DNA of 64,000 bases from Felis catus (Eukaryota), in assembly GCF_018350175.1 (NCBI RefSeq), contig NC_058368.1, forward strand, positions 39,186,001 to 39,250,000, in the 5' to 3' direction. Below the pieces are notes generated by a model. It searched no databases. It saw nothing but the letters and a program-made list of their open reading frames with translations, and was not told the origin of the DNA. Of the stretch, positions 47,336-59,790 are shown one piece after another. A program made the position numbers and the translations under genes. Numbering within the stretch: the stretch's first letter is position 1; each line of letters opens with the position of its first letter.

Positions 47336-47520
47336 GTGTAGTATACCAGTTAAGAGCATAGACACTGAAGTCAGATTATCTGATTCTTAATATTATCATG
47401 AGCTAAATAAATTGCTTAATCCACCTGGTCATCTTTTTTTTTTTTTTCATTTGGAAAATGATATTTGCAGCTACTTTTATCCTGAGGTTCTTTTTAGAGT
47501 TGAAATAAAATCTATGCTCT
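47336..47520 (+). mobile_element. MIR (degenerate)
   Basis: GTTAAGAGCATAGACACTGAAGTCAGA...TTCATTTGGAAAATG. Confidence 0.6.
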
Positions 47521-47769
47521 GCCTGCACATTGATCAGAATATAGTTGATCCCTAGCACAATTATATTCTATTAGTAGTCACAAAGGAGCAGCAGTGTTAG
47601 TAGTAGAAATATTGTGCTAGTATAGCCACATTATTACCATTTATATGCAGTTTGCTTATAGACTAGTAAATTTCTCTAATAATAATGCCTTCCTGTATGT
47701 GTTTTAGGTTCGTATTTTTAATGACTGCAATTTTCTCTTCGCTTTTGCTTTCTATTGAATTTCTTCTTT

Positions 47770-47794
47770 CATTCATTCATATATATTTATGTAA

Positions 47795-47842
<48 letters not shown>

Positions 47843-48290
47843 CCCATGATGTGCAGACCATGTATTAGATGCCTGAAATATAAAGATAAAAAGACAAGTA
47901 TGGTTTCTGCCACAGTATTGGAGGGGGAGAAAATAAATAACAAGCAAATAGATGCATACTTACCTACTATAAGGTTCCCGTATGTGTTATGAAGGAGGCA
48001 AAGAAAGTGCATTGTTTGAAAATGACTGAAGAAAGGAAATGACCTAATTTGGAACAGAATCATCAAGGTAGACTTCTCACTGGAGATGCTGTTTAATCTG
48101 AGACCCAAAAGTAGAAAATGGACATGGGGGACTTTTCAGGCACAAGGAGGTTGTGTGACAGACACTCTAGGACAGCGAATATTAATGCTGCTGGAGGGAG
48201 AAAATTCAGGTCAGATATTTTGGAGGTAGGAGATAAGGTTGGTATCTAATACATTGGGAGTCACAGTATCACTAGATGGTATTTAAAACC
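47770..48290 (-). mobile_element. L2 3' remnant containing a (TA)n microsatellite (47798-47840)
   Basis: CATTCATTCA start, CAGACCATGTATTAGATGC, GACTTCTCACTGGAGATGCTGTTTAATCTGAGAC. Confidence 0.6.
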
Positions 48291-48585
48291 TTTGGAATGG
48301 ATTTTGGAAAAAGTTATTTGAGTGACATGGGACAGTCCACTGATGAACTCTCACTTCTTGGGATCTGAAAGAAAACTAAAGGATTTCCCCCTAAAACGAC
48401 AACAACAACAACAAAACTGCTGTTAAGATAAGGCAGAAAAAGCATAAGAAAGGATAAATAACTACTATTGTGCAGCAAAAAATAATTAAAACATAAAAAA
48501 GACATATAAAAACATTTTTTCTGAGGAATATAAATTAGAATCTTTAATTTCCTGAATATTTATTTCTAGTACATAATAAAATGAT

Positions 48586-48587
<2 letters not shown>

Positions 48588-48631
<44 letters not shown>
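48588..48631. repeat. (TA)n microsatellite
   Basis: About 22 AT units. Confidence 0.97.
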
Positions 48632-48634
<3 letters not shown>

Positions 48635-48904
48635 GTTTCAAGATGAATAATTTACCTTTCAATATTTATTTGATTCACTGATTAAAACTTTATTTTTCCT
48701 AGGTTTCTTATTTTCTGCCTTGTCATTATAATCCTTATTTTTGTCTTCAGTAGTCATCTCTATCAAGATGACTCTTTGTTTCTCTTTTCCTAACGTTTTC
48801 CTGACTGCCAAGGTGGAATTTCTAATAGCCTACTTGGTGTCTCTGACACATAAACATGAAAATAAAATGGTGAAAGCAATGTTTTACATCAGGCAGATAA
48901 TTTA

Positions 48905-49122
48905 TTTTTTTTATTTTTTTTAACGTTTTATTTATTTTTGAGACAGGGAGAGACAGAGCATGAACGGGGGAGGGTCAGAGAGAGGGAGACACAGAATCTG
49001 AAACAGGGTCCAGGCTCTGAGCTGTCAGCACAGAGCCCTATGCGGGACTCGAACTCACGGACCACGAGATCGTGACCTGAGCCGAAGTTGGACGCTTAAC
49101 CAACTGAGCCACCCAGGCGCCC
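48905..49122 (-). mobile_element. Felid SINE
   Basis: TSD CAGGCAGATAATTTA (48890-48904, 49123-49137). Confidence 0.97.
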
Positions 49123-52100
49123 CAGGCAGATAATTTAGAATAAGAACCTCTTAACAAGTTAAAAGTTTACTTAGATATTTAATATAATTTCAGAGTGCTC
49201 TTGGGTAATCATTCTGAGCTCTAATAAGGTAAAGTGTTTATATAGATATTTTAGCTGGTTAGCCCAGAGTGATCAATTCACTTTTGTGTCTTCACATTAG
49301 ATAACATATATACATATTTTGGCATAAATTATTTTAAAAATCCCCTTTCTCCAGGCTTCTTAGTATATGCCTTCTGTTACTATTAGGATGATGATGTATC
49401 TGTCTGCTTACTTTGTTCTCTGTGAATTTTCACCACTTGCTGGTTTGCTTGATTGATACCTTGGCAGTTTTTCGTAAAATACCATTACCCTGACTACAAT
49501 ATCCAGTTGTTTCCATAACTTTTTCATTCCCATAATCACTTCTCAGCAACCATTTTTTTTGACAAATTGTCTTACAATAAATTTTTATTGTCAGATGTCC
49601 TAAAAAAATTGCATTCTATATAAGCTCTGTTGCAATCTAGTTTATAAATAATACACATAATATTAGTGGTCTGAGATTACCTTTAATGCATTATAGATAT
49701 TAATTTCAATGAAATTGTTATTTTCTTATAATGTCCATTGACTTCTCAGGTGATAATCTGAATATCTTTTTTGAGTTTCAAATGAAATATATATAAAACA
49801 TAGCATATCATCCTATTTGTTCTCATCCATTCCCACACATAACAATTCTGGAATTCCTTATTTTCATTATTTATGAATAAAATCCTTACTATCTCAGAAA
49901 AATTATCTTTGTTTTTCCTCCAACTTACATTCATTTTCTTATTCCAGAGTGTAGGTTCTTTCCACAATTCTGTCAAATAAATAATTCTAAAAACCAATTC
50001 CAATCATGTTCCTGCACAGGAAAAGAATGAAGATAAAAATTGAATAAGGAATTCATTGGCCTTTTGGCATTGGGCTTGTCCTATAGATTTTGCAATTCCT
50101 GTACAGGTTAAATTGCCTCATCCATGGCCCTTTTACATTTCTATTATGGTTCCTTGCAAAGGGAAGAGACAGTGTTACTATTGTCTTACATAAACAACAA
50201 ATGGACATTCATAGGCTTACCAGTGACTGGAAAACTAATTCTATCATCAAAACTAATTTTTCTACACATCATTAGGGAAAATCAAAATGCCATATATCTA
50301 TAAATTTGTTTTTTGGTTTTCTAAAAACAACTTAATTTATAGTCTGAATATATGAGAGAGGTATTTATTATTTCATCTTGTAGCCAACTCATGTAGTTAG
50401 TGGTTATGTTATGAATATTGGATGGATATGGATGGTTTTAGGGATCGGACATAGAAGTAGTAAACCTTGAAGAGGGAAGAGCTCAGATTAGATGGTCATA
50501 AAAAGACAAAACTAATGTATTTAATAAAAAGGCAAAATAGAGTTTTAGCAAGAAAGAATTCATTTAAGAGTGAGTTCCCATGAATTCTAATAGGTTTCTG
50601 TTTTCAGCTTTCCATTAGTATCCTTGAAAATAAGCCCCCCATGTTCTCAAAGAGACACATAGCAATCTTCCCATTGGTCCCTAATGTATGTCGTCACCCA
50701 GTTCACCTTATAGCTCATATTTGCTCTGTTGAACCTAATGGCAGTTTGTTCCCATAACATGTTTAACATTTTTCATTATTCTTTTTTGCTTATGTATTTA
50801 TTTCAAATTATCATTCTTCCATTACTTGGTAAATATCCTTACCCTTCAAAATACATCTCAACTTTTACTTCCTATATGAGTAGATCTCCATATAATTTAT
50901 CATCCAAATCAGTATACTTGACAGTGAAAAAAGTATTATTAATAATACTGGTATGATAACCACCTTAGTGATGATGTATACCCTGATAAACTTACAACCC
51001 CACCCCTTTGCCATGTAGTTGACATTTTTAAACTCTTTCAGCCCTCGAAATATGTGAAAAAGCTATGTGATTTAGCTTTGCAGTTGAAAGATAAAGTGTT
51101 AACTATATAATTAAAAAAAGAAGCACTTGCATTTTTCTCGGTATAGGTGCCAGAACAAATACATCATGTTACAACTAGAGTTGAATCATGTAATATTTGA
51201 TATCTTAGTTACTTGTTCCTGAACAATACAACAGTTGAGACTCATTTTTTCAGGTGAGTATCAAAATAGGAGAATAGAAAATTTATATGGCTGTTTTCCA
51301 ACTCTCACAAATGTTGCCTGAATATAATGACCTTTGGAAATGTTCCTTAAAATATCATGTCTTTCTCTTACATAAAACTTTAGCAGAAGTGAGGCCCAAT
51401 GTGTGATTTTGTGTGTAACTCTTCTGGTTCTAAAATTTTTAAATACATCCACATTGTTATGACTTTTTATTAATATTGCAAGAATAATTATCAATTATTT
51501 ATTAAATAATCTAGATAATGTTCAGTGTTTTGGGAGGATATGTTTGATGGTTTTGACATAGGCATATATTTCATTTGGGGTTAATAATTTAACATGGACA
51601 GATAAGAAATAGAGTTTGTAAAATACCTTATTATGGAAAGCATTTTCACAAATCCATAAGTTATATTAATGCTAAAAAAATAGTAAATATAACCTTATGT
51701 TGTCTTTTAAGCATCTGAAATATATTTGCTAGATCACATAATTTAAAGGAAAACTGAACTTAAAATAAATGGAAGCAATATTTAAAAATATACAGAAATT
51801 TATTTTTAAAGGTTAGTAAGATGATAAGATGATCAAAATACTTCCAAAACCAAAAAGCTAAATATCCATTCATATATTGTTGAATATTTTGTTTGACTTT
51901 TAAAAACTCAATAAGATACATGAAAGTATTGTGGATTTGAATATTTGCATATAGTATAATTGAAAAATATTTTCATAGCACAGCTTAAGAATGAAGCCCC
52001 TGAGACTTTAGGAATAAGTGTAAATATACACTAAATGATGGATCCATGTAAGTGGTAAGATTTTGAGCATGTGACACAGTGATCATTGTCACTAAAGTGC

Positions 52101-53538
52101 AGAGCTATGTTCTTATTAATCAATTTTATTCCCAACTAACACTTTCACATTTATAGTCAAAGAGTATTTTACAAAAAGAAACTATGAAATATTTTACAAA
52201 AAGTATTTTGTCCTGAATAACACATGTTAAAAAATTATCTGAACAATACATAAGTAGCCTAGGCTCAAAAACTTCTGTACAGCTCTAGGTTAAGAAAAGG
52301 TCTTTAAAAGTTTATCTTCTGTACATATTCTTAGCTTCTTTAATTCCTATGAGGTTTTATATTTTGCTGTTTTATCTTTTTTGACTTTCTTCCCCTGGAC
52401 CATTTACTAATAGCACACAGAACACAATTTGAGAAATGTGGACATAGTAAAATACTTACAAAAGAGTCATGACATTGGATCAAGGCCAATATAGAATAAT
52501 GAAGGGAGTGTCAAACAGTATTCTTGTGGTGTCATATTATATCCCATGGTGAAATCCCATACTAAAACGTTTTGTATACTTAAAAAAGAAACAAAACAAT
52601 CCTGCTTACTTATAAAGCATCCAATCGTTGATACTATGTCATATACACAAAATTTGGTTCTTCTCTGTTGATAAAAATTTATAAACAGAATGCTTAAATG
52701 AAACACAGAGTCATTTTTTAGAGGGTATGTTTGATATTTTTATACTTGTGGAGTGGTATAAGACTGCATCTCATCAAGAATACTAAACTAGTTAAGCTAT
52801 TACAACTCTATGCTCAGGGACTCATATACCCTCTCTGTGACTGCTGCCAAAAGATACACAACTGTGAGTGTGATAGGGAAGATTTCCATGACCCCTTAAG
52901 ACCCCTTAAAACTGCTGATCATTGTAAATCATCGACACAATACAAATATATATAATAAGTAAGTCTGGTTTTAAAAGGTGAGAGGATGCCCTTCTATTAG
53001 TTCTTACTTAATTGTAGTAGTTCTAAATATCTATCTTAAATCTGAGAAATCCAGTTCGATGTTTGCCAATAGTTTCAACTTAAAACTGCACACTCAGTAT
53101 TTTTTTTTTCTAATCCTGAAGATGGTGATGCTAGTGATAATAATACTGGTGATGTTCATAACCATCAACACTTATTTTTCCCTATACACTGACACTTTTC
53201 TAGTTAGTGTTTCTAGATCTACACTTTCAGAATGTATATATGACTTTAACTATCACCTGTACTCTAATAATGAAACAAACCGCACTTGTTATCTCTAATC
53301 TGAACTGTAAAGCACTTTCAAACCGTTTAAATACCTTCCACTCAGATTTCTACATGCAGTGGTCACATGAAATGAGCACAGGAATTTCATCAGAAAACAA
53401 GTGAATGATCTTTATCATATGTATCCTGTCAATTGGCCATGGTTCTCTTTCTGAGTCCCGATTTCTGCCTCATTTGTGAAGTGTAGCTACTTATGTTACA
53501 GTGAGATACATAAAGTAAGATATTAAATATAGGTGCCT

Positions 53539-53733
53539 GGGGCATCTGCGTGTCTCAGTCAGTTAAGCATCCAACTATATTGCCTCAGGTCATGATCTCA
53601 TGGTTTGTGAGATCAACCCCGTGTTAAGCTCTGCACTGATAGCAAGGAGCCTGCTTGCGATTCTCTGTTGCCCTCTCTGCACACACGCTCTCTCTCATTC
53701 TCTCTCTCAAAATAAATAAGTAAACATTTAAAA
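53539..53733 (+). mobile_element. Carnivore SINE (older)
   Basis: GGGGCATCTGCGTGTCTCAGTCAGTTAAG head; GTGCCTG on both flanks. Confidence 0.92.
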
Positions 53734-54159
53734 AGTAGATGTGCCTGATGGTTTTCTGCAAATATTGTGCAGTTTATAGAATGTCTAAAAAAGTTCATAT
53801 TTCTTCTGTATTCACAGCATCATTGAGTTCATTCTGTCAGTATAATTTTCTTTATCATCCATTAGTCTTTCTCCTCCCTGCTTCCCATCTCTCCAGTTTT
53901 ACATCTGAAATTTAATTTTTTATGGATTCCCTATTCAAGTATTGTAATGTAGGTATCCATTATCTCTTTCTAGCTAACAAGGTTTTTTCCCCCTTAAACT
54001 TCCTACTTATGCTATTGGCAAAGATACTGCCTAGTCCCCCAAATTAGAAATTTCCTTTTGACGTATTTTAAAATTGTATTTTTTAATTTTAGTTTAGTGG
54101 CTCTAATCCCTCCTATACTTAACAAACTTAAAACAGAGAAACAAAAAGCACAAAGCGAT

Positions 54160-54490
54160 GCTAAGTGAGTCAGCTCTAAGACAAACACCATGTGATTCCA
54201 CTTACATGAGGAACTAGTCAAATTCATACTGATGGCAAGTAGAATGGTGGTTACCTGGAAGTGAAGGAGGGAGGAATTGGGAGTTATTATTTAATGGGTA
54301 CAGAGTTGTAATGTTGCAAGATGGAAAGGATTCTAGAGATGGATGGTGGTGATGATTGCACAACAATGTGAGTGTGCAGTATGAGTGTGTTGTACAACAC
54401 TGTGAATCAATGCTGCTGATCTGCACACTTCAAAATGATAAGATTGTAAATGTTACGTTCTATGTATTTTAACATAATTAAAAATGAAAA
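54160..54490 (+). mobile_element. L1MB-type 3' end
   Basis: ATGTGATTCCACTTACATGAGG...AGTAGAATGGTGGTTACC...TTAATGGGTACAGAGTT...GATGGATGGTGGTGATGATTGCACAACAATGTGA. Confidence 0.85.
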
Positions 54491-54649
54491 TAATAATACG
54501 TAAGATTAAATTACTGACTTTTTACCTGTACCCTAAAGGAACCCCAATCAATTGAATTACTTACTTTGAAGGAATTACAATAAAAACCACTTAAAGGTGG
54601 AAAAAAAACATGCAAAGCAAACCAAAAGAAACAAAACAAAAAAAACAAC

Positions 54650-54766
54650 AATTCTTAGAGCCCCCATTCAAAACAATTCAGTCAAATTCTGGGTGGTGGT
54701 GAGGGCATCAGTAAGTATTAAATGTCTCCAGGTATTCATTATGCAATCAGTATTGGGAGACAGTGC
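54650..54766. mobile_element. MER5-like hAT fragment
   Basis: GCATCAGT...CTCCAGGT.ATTC.TTATGCA...TTGGGAGACAGTG terminus. Confidence 0.4.
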
Positions 54767-54951
54767 TTAGCCCTTTTCACTTCTGTTTCCCTGGGTGCAC
54801 ATTCAGATATAAAGTCCTATAAAGTCCTATGAAGTGAGTGTGTTTTCCATTGGATTAAGAAATTTTACAATAACAACTTTATCAGCCATTTTAGTGCCTG
54901 AAATATAGATGTTGCTCAATTAATACTAAGTCATGTTTAGTTAATATGAGA

Positions 54952-55036
54952 GGTCTCCCACCCAAGTACTAACCAGGCCTGACCCTACTTAGCTTCCGAG
55001 ATCAGATGAGATCGGGCGCGTTCAGGGTGGTATGGC
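54952..55036 (-). pseudogene. RNA5S: 5S rRNA pseudogene fragment (nt 8-92 of mammalian 5S)
   Basis: Reverse complement GCCATACCACCCTGAACGCGCCCGATCTCATCTGATCTCGGAAGCTAAGTAGGGTCAGGCCTGGTTAGTACTTGGGTGGGAGACC has 4 mismatches in 85 nt to the 5S sequence as I recall it. Confidence 0.97.
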
Positions 55037-55152
55037 ATTGAAGAGGGATCTTTTGGTATGAGCACTGGGTGTTGTATGGAAACCAATTTGACAATAAATT
55101 TCATATATTAAAAATAAATAAATAAATAAATAATAAATAATAAAATACAAAA
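55034..55152 (+). mobile_element. Terminal felid L1 3' fragment plus A-rich tail, fused to the 5S piece
   Basis: GGCATTGAAGAGGG...ATGAGCACTGGGTGTTGTATGGAAACCAATTTGACAATAAATTTCATATATT matches 22655-22732. Confidence 0.95.
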
Positions 55153-55170
55153 AATATGAGGTAACATCTT

Positions 55171-55371
55171 TTTTTTTTAATGTTTATTTAGTTTTGAGAA
55201 AGACAGAGACAGAATGCGAGTGGGTTGGGGGCAGAGAGAGAGGGAGACACAGAAGCAGAAGCACGCTCCAGGATTTGAGCTGTCAGCACAGAGCCCAAAG
55301 CAGGGCCAGAACTCACAAGCTGTGAGATCATGACCTCAGACACTCAACCAGCTGAGCCACCCAGGCACCCC
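55171..55371 (-). mobile_element. Carnivore SINE
   Basis: TSD GAGGTAACATCTT (55158-55170, 55374-55386). Confidence 0.95.
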
Positions 55372-56228
55372 GAGAGGTAACATCTTAAGGATCAAACACT
55401 TAAGGATCAAAGTGATGAGTTCTGTTGTGGGCAAGTGGACTGTGCATGTGAAAATATTTGGGCTATTTTGGGGAATTTTGACGTAAAGCACAGAAAAAAA
55501 AGACAGTAGCTAATGACACTTGGGAAGACATTTTCCGTTTTGATACCTTGTGATATTATAAAGAGAATATCAAGAATGAGAAGAAAGGGAATAAAAGCTA
55601 AAACATCCAGATAAATTAAGGACTGCCATAATTTAAAGTATTGGACCTGGAATCAAAAGCCATGTGGTCAGGTATTGTAATAATCCATGCAGGAATTTGA
55701 GCAAAATAAGCATTCTTTCTGAAGCTAGTTACTTCACTTGCTAGTATTTGTCAGAGCTTATGTGAAAAATGTGCATATGATAAATAGATGTTGATAATAA
55801 ACACTTTAAATGTACTTACTTTTTAGTTATTGAGGTGAGGAAGAGGCAGGATTATATCCAGGGAAACAACATCAAGAAAGTACAAAATGCTGTATTTTTT
55901 CTTTGATACTCCCTTCATTATTTTCTTTGATACTCCGGGCAGAATAAAGAGATAGGAAAACAAAATACTTTTCTAGAAAAAAATTAGTCATTGCTCCTGG
56001 TTGAATCCATTTCCCAAGAAAAGGTGAACTAGAAAAGGCAAAAGCTGCCTTTGTAGAATATAGATAGAGAGCTGATAAAGGATATATGATACATTACATT
56101 AACTTTTTTTTCTTTTTTTAGTATTGGAGGTTTAGACTCATTGTCAGGTTAGTAGGCAAAATGCAATAAACCATTAAAGACAGGAGAATGATGTGCTCTT
56201 TTTTAATGATCAGATTGGGCAAGATTTC

Positions 56229-59200
56229 TTTTTTCTTTTTTCTTTTTGTAAGCATGGAGATTTTATTCAGAATAATTGACAATATTAATGTAACCCCAAA
56301 TAGGCCTTTTCACGGGGGGTGAGATTCTTTTTTTTTAAATATGATTTATTGTCAAATTGTCTTATATACAACACCCAGTGCTCATCCCAACATGTATCTT
56401 TCTCAGTGTCCATCACCCATTTTCCCCTCTTCCCCATCCCACAACAACCCTCAGTTTGTTCTCTGTTTAAGAATCTTTTATGGTTTGCCTCCCTCCCTCT
56501 CTGTTTGTAACTATTTTTCCCTCCCCCTCCCCCATGGTGTTCTGTTAGGCTTCTCAAGATCCACATATGAGTGAAAACATATGATATGTCTTCCTCCGAC
56601 GTATTTCACTTAGCATAATAACCTCCAGTTCCATCCACATTGCTGCAAATGGCATGATTTCATTATTTCTCATTGCCAAGTAGTATTCCATTGCATATAT
56701 AAACCACATCTTCTTTATCCATTTGTCAGTTGTTGGACGTTTAGGCTCTTTCCATAATTTGACTTAATGTTGAAAGCACTGCTGTAAACATTGGGATACA
56801 TGTGCCTCTATGCATCAGCACTCCTGTATCCCTTGGGTAAATTCATAGCAGTGCTATTGCTGGGTCATAGGGTAGTTCTATTTTTAATTTTTTTGAGGAA
56901 CCTCCACACTGTTTTGCATCTACCAGAGTGGATGCACCAGTTTGCATTTCCACCAACAGTGCAAGAAGGTTCCTCTTTCTCCACATCCTTGCCGGCACTT
57001 ATAGTCTCCTGATTTGTTCATTTTAACCACTCTGACCAGTGTGAGGTGGTGTCTCAGCGTGGCTTTGATCTGTATTTCCCTGATGATGAGTGACATTGAA
57101 CATCGTTTCATGTCTGTTGGCCATCTGGAAGTCTTCTTTGGAAAAGTGTCTATTCGTGTCTTCTGCCCATTTCTTCACTGGATTATTTGTTTTTTGGGTG
57201 TAGCATTTGGTGAGTTCTTTATAGATTTTGGATACCAGCCCTTTATCTGATGTCATTTGCAAATATCTTTTCCCATTCCATCGGTTGCCTTTTAGTTTTG
57301 TTGATTGTTTCCTTTGCAGTGCAGAAGCTTTTTATCTTGATGAGGTCCCAATAGTTCATTTTTGCTTTTAATTTCCTTGCCTTTGGAGATGTGTCAAATA
57401 AGAAATTGCTGTGGCTGAGGTCAAAGAGGTTGTTGCCTGCTTTCTTCTCTAGGGTTTTGATGGTTTCCTGTCTCACATTTTGGTCTTTCATCCATTTTGA
57501 GTTTATTTTTGTGTATGGTGTAAGAAAGTGGTCCAGTTTCATTCTTCTGCATGTTGTGGTCTAGTTCTGCCAGCACCATTTGTTAAAGAGACTGTCTTTT
57601 TCCCTGCTTTGTCAAAGATTAGATGGCCATACATTTGTGTGTTAAATTCTGGGTTCTCTATTCTATTCCATTGGTCTATGTGTCTGTTTTTATGCCAATA
57701 CCATACTGTCTTGATGATTACAGCTTTGTAGAAGATGCTAAAGTCTGGGATTGTGATGTCTCCCACTAAGGTTTTCTTCTTCAATATTACTTTGGCTATT
57801 CAGGATCTTATGTGGTTCCATACAAATTTTAGGATTGTTTGTTCTAGTTTCAAGAAGAATGCTGGTGCAATTTTGATTGGGATATCATTGAATGTGTAGA
57901 TTGCTTTGGGTAGTATTGACATTATAACAACATTTATTCTTCCAGTCCATGAGAATGGAATGTTTTTCCATTCCTTGGTATCTTCTTCAATTTCCTTCAT
58001 AAACTTTTTATAGCTTTTAGCATACATATCTTCGACATCTTTGGTTAGATTTATTCCTAGGTATTTTATGGTTCTTGGTGCAATTGTAAATGGGATCAGT
58101 TTATTTCTCTTTCTGTTGCTTCCTTATTGGTGTATAAAAATGCAAGTGATTTCTGTACATTGATTTTGTACCCTGCGACTTTGCTGAATTCATGTATCAG
58201 TTCTAGCAGTCTTTTGGTGGAGCCTGTTGAATTTTCCATGTAGAGTGTCATGTCATCTGCGAAAAATGAAAGTTTGACTTCTTTGCCAATTTGGATGCCT
58301 TTGATTTCATTTTGTTGTCTGATTGCTGATGCTAGGACTTCCAACACTATGTTAAACAATGATGAGAGTGGAAATCACTGTCATGTTCCTGATCTCAGGG
58401 GGAAAGCTCTCAGTTTTTCCCCATTGAGGATGATATCAGCTGTGGGCTTTTCATAAATGGCTTTTATGATGTTTAAGTATGTTCCTTCTATCTTTTCTTG
58501 AGAGTTTTTAGTAAGAACGGGTGTTGTATTTTGTCAGATGCTTTTTCTGCATCTATTGACATGATCATATGGTTCTTATGCTTTTTTTATTAATGTGATG
58601 TATCACATTGATTGTTTTGTGAATACTGAACCATCCCTGCAGCCCAGGAATGAATTCCACTTGATCATGGTGAATAATTCTTTTTATATGCTTTGAATTC
58701 GATTTGCTAGTATCTTGTTGAGGATTTTTGCATCCATGTTCATCAGGGATATTGGCCTGTAGTTCTCCTTTTTTGTGGGGTCTCTGCCTGGTTTGGGAAT
58801 CAAGATAATGCTGCCTTCATAGAATAATTCCATAAGCTTTCCTTCTATTTCTATTTTTTGGAACAGCTTGAGAAGGATAGGTATTATCTCTGCTTTAAAT
58901 GTCTGGGAGAATTCCCCAGGGAAGCCATCTGGTCCAGGACTCTTATTTGTTGGGAGATTTTTGCTAACTGATTCAATTTCTTCACTAGTTATGAGTCTGT
59001 TCAGATTTTCTACTTCCCACTTGAGTTTTGGTAGTGTGTGAGTGTCTAGGAATTTGTCCATTTCTTCCAAGTTGTCCAGTTTTTTGGCGTATAATTTTTC
59101 ATAGTATTCTCTGATAATTGCTTGTATTTCTGAAGGATTGGTTATGATAAATCCATTTTCATTTGTGATTTTGGGCTCTATTTCTATTTGGGTTATCTCC

Positions 59201-59453
59201 CTTTTCTTTTTGAGAAGCCTGGCTAAAGGTTTATCAATTTTGTTTATTTTTTCAAAAATCCAACTCTTAGTTTCATTGATCTGTACTACTGGTTTTTTTT
59301 TGGGGGGGGGTTGTATATTATTTATTTCTGCTATGATCTTTATTATTTCTCTTCTTCTGCTGGGTATGGGGTTTCTTTGCTGTTTTGCTTCTAGTTCCTT
59401 TAGGTGTGCTGTTAGATTTTGTATTTGGGATTTTTCTTGTTTCTTGAGATAGA
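56229..59453 (-). mobile_element. 5'-truncated carnivore/felid L1 (ORF2 pseudogene and 3' UTR) with 3' transduction
   Basis: ORF2 fragments [37 protein letters not shown] on the minus strand; L1 tail at 56328-56336; outer tail at 56229-56247; TSD TGGGCA(A/G)GATTTC at 56216-56228 and 59454-59466. Confidence 0.95.
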
Positions 59454-59484
59454 TGGGCAGGATTTCAAGTGATGGTAATGAAGG

Positions 59485-59790
59485 CAGCTGTGTGGTGAGA
59501 TGAAGCCACTGACCACATGTGGTTATTGATCGCTTGAAATGTGAAATTGAAATATGCTGTGAGTATAAAGTACCTGCTGGTTTGAAGACTTAGTATGAAG
59601 AAAAGAATGTAAAAAATATCTCAGTTTTTATATTCATTACATTTTGATTTGATAATACTTTAGACATATTAGGTTAAGTAAAATATATATTAAGATTAAT
59701 TTTACCTTTTTTTCTTTTTAAAATTGTAGCCACTAGAAAAATTTTAAGTCTTCTGTGTGCCTACATTGTATTTGATGTGGGAAATGACAT
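59485..59790. mobile_element. MER33-like hAT-Charlie DNA transposon
   Basis: AGCCACTGACCACATGTGGTTATTGA..GCTTGAAATGTG...GAAGACTTAGTATGAAGAAAAGAATGTAAAA...TGTAGCCACTAGAAAAATTTTAA. Confidence 0.75.

Noticed and set aside
54952..55036. Functional 5S rRNA gene
   Set aside because: Lacks nt 1-7 and 93-121 and the terminator, is not in a tandem array, and is fused to an L1 tail within a TSD
55893..55936. Short direct repeats here and at 44134-44172, 45510-45550 and 54809-54830
   Set aside because: Ordinary slippage micro-duplications with no further structure
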